Part shown: in pieces, positions 1-12,400 of the stretch | How positions within the stretch are numbered: position 1 is the stretch's first letter | Layout of the letters: every line of letters starts with the position of its first letter | Origin: Lytechinus pictus | Taxonomy: Eukaryota | DNA length: 64,000 nt | Assembly: GCF_037042905.1 (NCBI RefSeq) | Contig: NC_087252.1 | Span: 4,156,001 to 4,220,000, forward strand | Direction of reading: 5' to 3' | The notes under the pieces: model-generated | What the model was told of the DNA's origin: nothing | The model's database searches: none | What the model saw: only the letters and a program-made list of their open reading frames with translations | Made by a program: the position numbers and the translations under genes

Positions 1-353
1 AATAAGCAAAAACTGAAAGACACTATTTTAAAAATGTGGCCCAAAGCGTCCCATATCTGTCCTTTAGGCAGACAAACAATCGTCCTTTACAGAAATTCAA
101 TTTCATGTCTAATTTTGATGTAGTTGTATTTCTGCAAAATCCATTAAATGTGTAAATGATGAAAGTGTTTACTATCTTAAGACATGTTTGTCAAACTTTT
201 GCTTACAAATTACACAGAGTAAATATATAAATCGAAAGATAAAAACATTGAATTCAAATCTTGAAATTAATGTTTTCAACTGAATGTTTGGTCTTTTTTA
301 AATTAATGTATGAATTATGAGTTATTTAACAACGTATATTGCATGGTTCTCAG

Positions 354-488
354 TTCCTCCTCAGTTTGTTGTTCATCCTGTTGACATTACTGTTGACCCC
401 GGGTCAAAGGTCAGATTAGACTGTGAAGCATCAGGTGACCCGATGCCGTCAATTCAATGGCAGAAGGATGGTAGCCCTCTAGTTCTTG
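354..488 (+). CDS. receptor exon, Ig domain N-half
   Basis: PPQFVVHPVDITVDPGSKVRLDCEASGDPMPSIQWQKDG; cag acceptor, gtaagt donor. Confidence 0.88.
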
Positions 489-3400
489 GTAAGTAATAAT
501 GATAATATTAGATTGTTGTATAGTGCATATATCATATACCATTTTACTTCTCTATGCACTTGCAAAGGGACTTGGATATCATTACCCAGGTTGTAAAGCA
601 GATACGATTCAATAGTGCCATCTCGAGTCTTCAACTACTCATACCTGGCCAGTTTCCTGACCCATAATGCCAGTATAGTTTAGTAATATAGACCCACTCG
701 AATGATAACATACTAATTAAACCACTCAATACATTTATACCGCAATAATTATGTTACCAAGTAGCAACACAATTACTTTTCCTCTCAAAACATTTTAGTT
801 TCTCTATACAAATTCAATTATAGGTCAATTTATTCTCTGTAGTATTAGTAGATATCTGACTTTCTATTCATAACACACAGCCAATGATAGACCACACACA
901 GCTCACTCCCCCTTTAATCTGGCAAGCATTTCACAATGCGCAAGCATTTTAATGAATGAATTCCTTCCAGGTACCCATTTTATAGCTCACCTGGGTTGGG
1001 TGCAACACAATACAGATAAATTTCATACTGCAGGAAGTTTAGGTCTAGAGTAGGATTTGAACCCACAACTCTGTGATTACGAAACAAGGTGTTTTTTTTA
1101 GTCTTATACTCATATAGGTAATATATTTTTTATGATTTGAATGCCAAACGTGATGATACATTGATCCATCAAATTATAGAGATTGATGTCACATTGGCTA
1201 CTGATATTTAAACCACATATTTAGCGCATGGTTTAAATTGAATCGGAGTTGAGAATACGCGCCAGTGTCTTTATATGAGATATCCGTTTTTAGATCAAGC
1301 TAAGCATCTGATATTTTCTGGTTTCAATCCAGAGAATAAAGAGTAACAAAATGAACATTTTTGTTAACAATGATGTCTATTTTCCATCCATTTCTTTTCA
1401 GAAACCAACATTGAGGTGCTTAGTAACTCTAGTATTGTAATTGATGGCTTACTGGAAACCAATACAGGGGAGTATACATGTATAGCTACCAACGCAGCAG
1501 GGAGTATTCAGGTCACTGCAACACTCTCCACTCCCGGTGAGATGTTGGAATAACTTTGTAAAATTTTTTTTTTTTGGGCTAAATTATATAGAGAAATTGA
1601 ATCTTATTAAAATTAATTGAAATTTTTATGACATGGGTCCGACAAGTACTAGTTACACTTAATTTTGCAAATGATAGAGCCTTTTCTTGCGGAGCCACGG
1701 CTCTATTTGAATTGCATTATTACTAACATTAGAATAATGGTTATTTTCATGATTTTTATTATTCTGATCATTACTACCATCATAATGATGATAACAAACA
1801 TCATCATCATCATCATTTCATCATCATCCTCATCATCATCATAGTAATCAACATTATTATCATCATCTTCATCATCATAGTCATTATCATCCTCAATGTT
1901 ATCAATATTATCCCAGTGTATGCTATTTTGTTATTGTACTATTATTCATCATCATCATTAATATTATGTTTAAATGCCTTGTTTCAGATGTCCCCAAATT
2001 CACCACTGCTCCTTCCAACACCACCGGCAACGAGTCTTACCCAATCAGCATTCGATGCCGAGCCGACGCCCGCGAGACACCGATCATCTCCTGGTACCTG
2101 AGTGATGCAGACGGTAACCAAGGCGATCGCATCGGTCTCGGCATCAATCCTCCAGCGACAAGAGCATCGCTGAGCTTTGTCTCGGTGAATGGTGACCTCG
2201 AGCTGAACCAGGTTACAAAGAGAGACGAGGGATGGTATCTTTGTTTAGCAGAGAACAGTGCGGGTAGCATCAGTGAGGTCGCCTTTCTCTCAGTCAATGG
2301 TAGGGAGAAAGAAAGACCTGCCAAGTTTTCCTTTTAAATATGAAAATTTTAATCTTTTATTATAATCTCTGTTTTTCCTATTTCTATGGAAATAGTTTAT
2401 GTAATATTAAATACATAATTTAAGAATGTTCTAGCAATTTCTTAGTAATTTGTTCATATTTCTTGGATATTAGGAACGGCAGGTATGCTGTTGTCATCTG
2501 TTATCATGTCAAATTTGCCATCGAGTGGTAGCTATCATGGTAAAAGAATCAAGGATTTCAGGGAAGATACAGTCGCATGGTTAAGTTACAATTATATCAG
2601 TCTTTCTGGAACAGGACCCCATACTTATATCACAATTTGACAAAAACCTCTACCTCTGTCTGAATTGATTAGTTTGGAATCTCCCAGATGACTTTGTTGG
2701 ATGCCATCAAATTTTGGCCTGGTAAAGATCAAATTGAACGCACAGGAAGAATTGTATTGTACAAAGTACTTTAGGAGCTTATGATTAACATATCTTAGTT
2801 TTCTTATATTGTTGAGTTGTCAGTTTTATTTTCTGTGTGCTTGTGAAATGCAGTGTTCCAACAACTGGCCAAATTAATACATTTAATATTGATGGAAGAA
2901 TGTATTAAAATATGAACATTGATACCTTGAAATTAAAGTTTTTCCGACTGTTGTATAGGACTCCCCCATCACCCTCTTCTATTTCCTTCCTTTTGAGGCT
3001 CAGTTGCTTTGATCACTTACCAAGACATCTCTATTCCTCTTTTTCCCCCAAACTTCTTTTCAGTCCCTCCTCGGGTAACCAGCACCAACACCCCTGTGAG
3101 TGCAATGGAAGGGTCTGACTATACTCTGCTCAGTTGTGAAATTGAAGGACAACCCACCCCTGACATCACATGGTTCCTTCCTAGTGATGGGCCTGTTCCC
3201 ACGGATGCCACTAGCTACACCAGTAGCATACAGGGTAACACTGCCTACTTGGTGGTGTACAGCCCCAATGTGTCCCATCACGATGGTGACTTTGTGTGTG
3301 TCTTGTCCAACTTTCTTGGCAGTGCGAATGCAACCGTCCGGGTTACTGTACAAGGTGAACAACTTTTCTTGATATATTGACTATTTGCATGAAGTAGAGT

Positions 3401-6400
3401 AATGTTTTCTCTTGGTAGTATGTTAGCATAAAGGATATACACGGTTTTGTAGAACTTCCTATTACTGTAAGAAAAAGGGATCAAGCACACCAATGGTGTA
3501 GGATGATGATCTGTAGGATCACTTTGGCATGTGTGTGTCTGTTAAGGTTACAAAATGTTGAATATCTGTTCTAAATGCTTCAATTTCACTGAAAGGTTGA
3601 TTTTATAGACTAAAGTTTACAAGTATGTGAAAATTGCAATGATGTCCAAGGTAAATACATGTACCAGAGGTCAACCATATTTTTAAGGAAAGAAATGTGC
3701 CCTTATTTGCTCGATGGTGTTTGAAGCTGAATGTTATAAAAAAAAACTGTCAAAGGTCATCAATAGGGGTTAATAGCTTTTCTTACACCCAATTTTGAGG
3801 TCTTTAACCAAGTTCTATTAGTGATTTCTATGGAAGCAATGAATCGCTAGCAAATAAAGCAACCAGATAGTGAGTTATTACACAAGTAATTATCTATGAA
3901 ACATGCAAAAAATGAATGTATTTTTACTTTGAGTCATGTCAAGATCATCATCATCATCATTGATATTCCAAATGGGAAGAGCTCAGGTTATCAATTTTTC
4001 AATGAAGAGGAATCATGCGCTTTCATTTTTGCCTTCAGTTTCAATCCCATAATCATTCTGACTTTTATGTGTATATCTAGGTGGTCCTGTGCTTACTGCT
4101 GTAGAAGCATTCCGATCAGGTCTTAACAGCATCACCCTCCGATGTCAAACCAAGGGAGCCCCCACCCCTACCACCACCTGGCAGATGGGGACCACACCCT
4201 TGCCACACCCATCAGTGACCGGTCATTCAGTATCCCCTGATTGGTCATTGGTCATTACTGGTCAGAGTGTTGGGGTGGATGACGTGTATTCCTGTGTAGC
4301 TACCAATCGTTATGGTTCTGTGACGGCAACACTTCAAGGTATGCATAAGATTTGTTTCTGAATCGAACTTTCCCATTCCTCCTGCATTCTGTAATATACA
4401 GTCATTCATTGTCCCCTGATTGGTCATTAATAATCTTGGGTCAATTTGTTAGGGGAAGGGGGGGGGGGAGTTATTTGTACTTGTATTCCTGTGTGGCAAC
4501 TGACCCCTATGGTTCTGTAACAATAACACTTCTAAGGTATGTGTAGGAATTCTTCTTGCCCCTCTTGCACCCAGTAATTACTGTTATTTCAATATGTCCT
4601 AAGGGGTCATTGGTCATTTGCGATCAGAGTATATGATGTGTATTCCTGTATAGCTACCAAATCTCTCTGGTTCTGTGACGGCGACACTTTAAGGTATGCG
4701 TAAGATATGTTTGTATTCTGAACCTACCCTACCCATTCCTCCTGTAGTACATAATAATTATAATACAAATACATGGATAAAAGAAATAAAATGAAAGTAC
4801 TGATAAAGGGGAAAAAGATATATGGTTTTAGGAGTTTCTTGAATTTATTTGTAGAGTTGATGATTTAAATAAGGATGTGATGTTTTCCATTATTTAGGGG
4901 CAGTTAGAATGAATGTGCGATCACCAGGTTTTGTACGAGCCTTTCGAATGGCAAGCAAAAAAAAAGTAAATAAATGAATAATTAGAGTGATGATGTGTAT
5001 GTTGTTGATGATGATGATGATGTTTGATGTTGACAAATTGTAGAAGGGAGATAATCTCTGAAAGCCAATTGTAATTGGCAATCTAACAGTGTAAAAATCT
5101 CTGTTCTTCATTTTATCTCCTACAGTTCCTGGACAGGTAGCCACACCCACAATCTCTGACATCACATCAACCAGTCTGAATCTCAGCTGGGCCACGCCCA
5201 CCCCCACCAGCGACCTGCCAATCACAGCCTACAATGTCCAATACCAGGCAGAGTCAAGTAATGAATATTCATTAGCTGGAGAGACAGGTGACCCTTTTTA
5301 CACAGTAGAAGGTCTGCAGCCCTATACAGGGTATTGGTTCAGGGTGCAAGCAGTGAATGGACTTGGAGTGGGTCCGTTTAGTCCAGCTACCAGTCTTGTG
5401 TCTACAGCACAGGGAGGTAAGGTAGCTTGTAAAAGTTCAGTTGCATCTAAATTGAAAAAACCCTTAACATTCTCTGATTTATTTCAAGGAAAAGGAGAAT
5501 AAAAGTAAATAACATTAGAGAAGTCTTGTTTAAAAAAATATTGTGAACTATGATGTGTGTTTTATTTAGGATTGTTCATATGGATTAAAAAAAAAATCAT
5601 CCAAGAAAATATATGCAATTAAAATTGTGTACACACTTTCAAGATGGCTCATTTAAATGCTCTGGTGGGGACAATAATTCTAACACATATAGTATAATAA
5701 AGTAAGTGCAATTACATGTATGCGCATAATCTACAGTGTAAATCCCTCCCAGTTCAAGCCCCTGTTATGAATTTTGTGCCTTTATATAGCTCACTTGCAT
5801 GAATCTACTTACAAATTGTTTAACTTTGATGATACTTAGCCTCGTAGATGGCAATTGTGATTTAGAAAAAACATCAAAATCAACAATGATTCAATGTCCG
5901 ATTAATCGTTTGAATATACTTTCATAAATACCTTCTTGTTTCTATTAACTATTGCCCAATCTGTAGAGAGGAGCTTATTGAAGCTTATAAAGTTATGGTA
6001 ATGTGGGCTATGCTGTGAACAATTGAATACCCCCCCCTCTCTATCTTTCTGTCTCCTATTTTAGGTTAATTCACTTTTTTTTTCCTACAAGTGCAGAGCA
6101 GAAGCCTTTTAAAGCCATTTTATAAGTCTCTTCACTGCACAAACTGCAGTTTGTTTACTGTCAAGTGTTTTTGAAGTGAAGATATGATTTCCCTGTGCAA
6201 AATTTGTTTGATTTCATTCAGTTACTTAGTATGGAGATTCAGTTTAAAAAGGAAAATGTCATTAAGAGACAATATAAAGAGATCTGTATGGAATTCACAT
6301 ACATTTTATATGAATGAATCTCAAATTTTGGTTGAAGTTTGTGCTGTGTTTTCTTCTTCATCCATAATTGTCTGATTAAAGATCCTTATTTTTGAAAGTT

Positions 6401-9400
6401 TAAAAGGAGAATTTCATTGTATATGCTTGACAAATGACAATCTTTTCACCTTTTCTGTTCTGATTTTATTTTATCATTTTTTTCAAATACATGTATATTA
6501 CACAATAATATATCAGTTTGATTACCCATTTTATTTGCTTTGTTCCAGTGAATGTTGTAAACCCAGGGGAAAAAACTAGTTTGTGAACAGGGCTGCTTTT
6601 CCTGTCTCTCTTCATTCCATATTACCGTTTTGAATTGAACCTGATGAAAATGTTGGGGTTATTTTGCAACTTTTGAAGCATTTTTTGGCATTTTTTGATG
6701 TTTTGGGGCATTTTTGATTGCTTAGGGGCTAAATCACCTTCAGCCCCTCTGTATGCTTTAGCCGTGGACAGCTCTTGATGAGAAATAACGTATCAGGTTA
6801 TGCTACATGTATATGTCTTCGCTTTCTACGTCCTATTCACATTCCCCTTTCTTTTTAGCTCCAAGCAGACCTCGAAGCGTTGAAGTGGCAGCGGTGGGAA
6901 ACGTCATCACAGTAACATGGTCAGCGCCATCTAGGCTCAATGGCAACACAGGTAATATCAAAATAACCAATTTTATTTTTATTCATTCATTATTGTCAAA
7001 AGGTATGCATTTGGTCTTTGATTAAAAAAAAAAGCCAAAATCATTTTTGAAGTCAAAAAGTATATAAGAGTCTTGTCTTGTAAGTTATCCTATCATTTAT
7101 TTTGCTCTGACTTGTATATGACATGCTAGATGCGCAGTAAGCGCAGTTTAGGTTGAATGTTAGTGCATTCAGTGGACATTCTCCGACAATGAATATGATA
7201 GGTGGTTATGGTCAATGTTATGACATTGAATCTTCTTGGAGTGTTGGTTCTGACTAACCCCAAATCCCTGATAATAAAGTTCAATTCAATTCAATTCAAT
7301 TCAATTCATTTATTCTTTTCCATTAAAAAACAACAAAATATGTACATTTGAAATACACATGTACAGTATATACAAAAATAGATAAATTAATATTGTAAGT
7401 AATAGAAATAAATGGAAAATGGAACACCTGTAGAAAGCTTTTTTAAAAAAGCTTGTAAATGGCAGGAGTCCAAAAGTTAACAAAATACAAATATAATAAT
7501 GATAACAATATTAGATGGCGCATGTATTTGAATTCAACGTCTTGCCCCCTATCCCCACCTGCCCCCTGTCCCCACCCCCCTATCCCCACCTGCCCCCATC
7601 CCCCCTATCCCCACCTGCCCCCTGTCCCACCCCCCTACCCCCATCTCTCTCTCAGGTAGAATTCAAAATTAATATAGGTTAAAATCTAAATTGAAATAAA
7701 ATTAATATGACAACAAATAAACTTTAAGATTTTTTTTGAAAGTATTCAAAAAGACATTCTCCGTAATCGAAGTTGGTAATGAGTTCCATACTGTGGGCCC
7801 TGTATATCTAACTGTTTTTTGCATATACTGCTTATCAATATTCCAGATATGTAATTTTTTACTATTTCGAGTGTTATATTTGTGAATCATAGAATTAGTT
7901 TCAAACATATTGGCAAGAGGAGGCAAAACGGTTCCTTTGATACACTTGAATACAAAAATGGCAATTTGATAAAGTACATGGCCTATGGGAAAGTTGTCCT
8001 TGCCCCTTGTCATAATTTACTTACCCAGTTGCCAATTTGAAATCTACATACTATTAGTGATCTCAATTTTAAAGTAGCTATAACTTTCTTATTGCTTGTC
8101 CGATTTCTGTCAAACTTTTACCATTCTGTTTAAATTATTTTTATCCTTCCCAACACAACATTTTATGGCCAAGGCTGGATTCCCCTTTAACTATAGTGTA
8201 AATTTCCTTCTGCAAAGAAGTCACCCATATTGTACTGCACTCTACCCAGGGGGTGTGTCTTAAAGATGTTCATAAGTTATGCACAGTTTGAACATGATCT
8301 CTTAAAGGTGTTGCTTCAGCTTCTGTACATAGGGATATATCATTTTGTGACAGTGGGAATAGGAGTCATGCATAAATTCATGCTTAATTCACAAACACCT
8401 TGATAATGAGCCCTGGGGGCCGTTTCATAAAGCTGTTCATAAGTTAATTAAGAGCGACTTTAAGAACGACTGGTGAACCTTTCTTACACGCTCAACCATC
8501 GCCAATGGTGTATAGCATTTACCAAAAGAAAGGATCACCAGTCGTTCTTAAAGTTGCTCTTATCTTACGAACAGCTTTATGAAACACACACCAGGTAGGT
8601 GTCCCATTTAAAGCTAATTGTAAAGTTATAAATGACTTTATGCTTGACTGGAACAGGTTCTTAGTTGGTAAGTCAGTTACATAAATAGGGATATCACATG
8701 TAGCGCAAGGAAGGTTGTGGTAAAAGGGTATCTTGCAGGAATATACCTTACAACCCAGGGTGTTGTTTCATAAGGATCTTCATAAATTATGCATCACTTT
8801 ATGCATGTGTGCCAAGTTGGCAGCTGGCATTAGGCTACATGTAGGAAAAAAGTGACTACAGTAGCCTCTGCCTAAATAAAGTTTTCTTTTTTCATACAAG
8901 AAAATGCAAATATATGTTATTTTTGTAAGTGGAATTTTCGAACAGATCTCTGAGACCCCAAATTTGAATATTTGATTTAGGCAGATTCATGTGTGTGTGT
9001 GTGTGTGTGTGTCTCGAGCACTTTGCAGCATGGATGTGAGTGCTTCGTGAAGTGCATTGTCATCATTATGAATTCTCTTTTTCCATTGCAGATGATATCA
9101 TATATGAGGTTCTCACCTATCCATTGGAGAACGAGTCAGATATCACCATGGTAACCGTATCCCACAATGCCAACGAGTTCGGTGCCCTCATCGATAGCCT
9201 GGAGTACGTGATGGACTATGAGGTCAAAGTTCGTGCCGGGAACAGTGCTTTAAGAGAGTGGAGTCCCTACGTAACCGCTCAGATTACAACGGGATACCAA
9301 GGTGTGTATAGTTGATCCCTTCCCATCAAATACTGCACACTCAAACTCTGTTAATTACATGTACATGAGAAGAGAATGAGAAATAAAAATATACGGATAC

Positions 9401-12400
9401 TTATACCTCTTAACCATTTTGAAATTAAAGTAAAGAATATTATTATTTTACTTTTTTATCTTGTTTTGATATGATTTTTTTAATTTTCCAAATAACATTA
9501 CTAAAGAAGCCTATGGAAAATGATGTCTTTTCCTATTTTTATAAATCAAAATCATCTCTATTTTCCACTTTACCTGGGTTGGGAGGTCTGCATACTGTAT
9601 CCGTTTTTAAAGTTGCTATCGAAAATGCAAGTCGGGGTGTATTTGAGTGAGCTTAATCATTCAAAATAGCAAAAGAAAAGATACCTCGTTTCCCAGAAAC
9701 ATGAAGTAGTTAATATTTAAGTATATTTCTTCATTTCTTACCAATACTTGTCACCTTCTTCTATTTATCTGTGTATTTGTTCATCCAGCTCCAACATCAG
9801 CCGTGGAAAACTTCAGTGCGAAAGCAAACAGCTCATCCTCAATATGGCTTGTGTGGCAGGTATGTATTGGATCTGCATAGTATTTCATTAAACAGATCTT
9901 CAGTGACAACTGTTGTAAGCTTCTGAAATCCTTGCATCTGATTGGCTCAGAGCAAATTTCTGAGTGAAAATTACCAACAAGATGCTTCATGACGTACTTC
10001 CCTAATATCTATTATTTGATCTATGATTTGATTACAATCTACCTCTTTTCATATCAAAATATACAGAGCAAAGCGACTGATCAAACAGTGAATTTTTCAT
10101 TTGATTGATTGTATATTGTGGTCAATGCAATCAATTATGAAAATGTCATTCTATGCTGAATTGCTATGCTTTTTAGCAATGTGTTAGAGATTCCTGATCA
10201 TTCTTTTGACACTAATTATTTTAGGATGTTGTCTTTCAGGGTTCCCAGCCCATCTGGGAATTTTTTTTTTTCTAGTCAGGGAATTTGATAAAAATGCCTC
10301 AAGGGAAAAGTATAAATAGAGTTTTGATTGGCTTCAAAACAGTGCTGAAGAAGGCGCAAGCTTATGTGCAGCAAATTCATTATTCAAATTCAAATTCAAT
10401 ATATTCTTGATAATAATTAAAACATCAAATTGTACATTCGTATATGGAAATATCAATACAAGAAAATGAGGGCAACCAAAAGTTTACACTTGAAATATGA
10501 CAGGATAGTGAGGCAATTCTGAGAATTGCTTGGACAGCTTCAGCTTCAGTTCAGGAAAATGGGTGAAACTGGTAATTAGTAGAAATAATCATGGAATTTT
10601 GAGAGTTCTTCAGGAAAAAATCAGGGAATTCTATTTTATTGAAATGCAGTCCTGTCTTTTCACTCTGAAACATACTGTTGTAGTGTGCAGGGACAACACC
10701 GCATCACAATATTTTTTCAATAAATTTTCGCTTGCAGCCGATCATCGATGAAACCTTTGAAGCGTACCTCATCTCCTTCCGGATCCTCAACTCATCTGAT
10801 ATGGCCCCAGACGTTGCCCTGACGGCCCGGGAGGCGTCCTCCTATCTCATCATTGGTCTCCCTAGCGGCACACCACATGGAGTACGCATGGCTTATCAGA
10901 ACGCCGGAGGGCTGAGCCCGTTCACACGGGAGATTATTGTTACTACACTATCAGGTGAGATAGTCTGGAGGAATTTGAAAGATCTATTTACGTTAAGACA
11001 ATTAGGGACAATCCCACAAGGGCAAAGGGTGATTTTCCCTTTAGTTTAGCTAACTTCTCATACATGTATTTTAAAGGACTTAAGAGCTAGAGAGAGAGAG
11101 AGAGAAGAAAAAAAAAAGAAAAGAGAGAAACTAAAAAACACCTCATCATTTTCAAGAATATTCTGACTTGTACATCCTACATTTAGAAATCTTGTTAAAA
11201 TGCTTCCCAGGGAGTGGAGAAAGTGCATACATTGTGTGCGGGCATACCTGAATCCGATGACCAATTACAATGTTAAGCGCTGAGAAACAAAGTATTTAGC
11301 TCAATGTAAAAGTTACTATTATTATTATCATTACATTTTCATCACTTTGATTTTATCTTATATATCTACTTGGTCATTTTAGCAGATGAAACTACCGCAG
11401 ACCGACTCCAAGGCGGGGGTATAAACGGTGGTATCATAGCAGCTATTGTGTGTGGTATCTTAGCTGTTCTTCTTATCCTAGCTTTACTTTCATTTGGAAT
11501 GTTATACTGGAAGAGAAAGAATGATGATTGGTCGGGACAAAGTCACTTCAATGTGGATTCACTCTGGATCAACAGACGGTCAGTATATATAATGATATAT
11601 TGAATGTGTAGGTGCCATTAAATGTGTACTGTACATCATGTTCAGTTGGGTAGTATTACTATCCCACTGTGAGTTGATAGATATAGTACAATGTATTAAC
11701 AAAAGGGTAATATTTTGTATATTTCACCTCTTCGAATATCTCTGTTGTTTTGCTTTCATGATTAGAAGGCATAATTTATTTATATGATTATAAAAAAAGA
11801 GATAGTTTTTGCATTTTTTTGGCAATTAGATAATTGTATTGACACTTCACAACCTCTGGGATTGAATTGGAAGAGGGAATTATAAATCAAGACTTATCTC
11901 ATCTGAAATGGACTTCTAAGATTTTGTTTTTTTGGGGGGTGGGGGAGGGGGTGCAACATCAGTGTTATGAAAACAAGACTTGTAGAAATGAAATGTCTAG
12001 AAGATTTCTTGTCTAGGCTTATTATTTCCAGCATATATGACTTTTGCATGAAAATTGTTCTATCGTGTGTAAAAGAAAAAATAACAATCCACATTTCTTT
12101 TTTACTGTTATGTGCCCATTAAATGTATCATAATGGGGGTGTTTGTTATAGCTGTACATACACTGTTTGTCAGTTTATGCCTGACTTTGCCAACCACTAG
12201 AATAAGTAGGACCAAAATTGGAGCCCAAACTTTTCCTGGGCCCCATCTTACAAAGAGTTTGCGATTGATCCAATCAGTCACAACTATGGAAAGCCAGCAA
12301 CCTCAACATCTATCATGCATGTTTGTTCAAAATATTTTCTAACTATGATATGTATATATTCATGCATTCAATGTTTTCTTGAAATTTTGCTGTGCTTCTC

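Noticed and set aside
7702..8013. 103-aa ORF as a gene
   Set aside because: Chimera of a MITE segment and the C-terminus of a truncated LINE ORF2.
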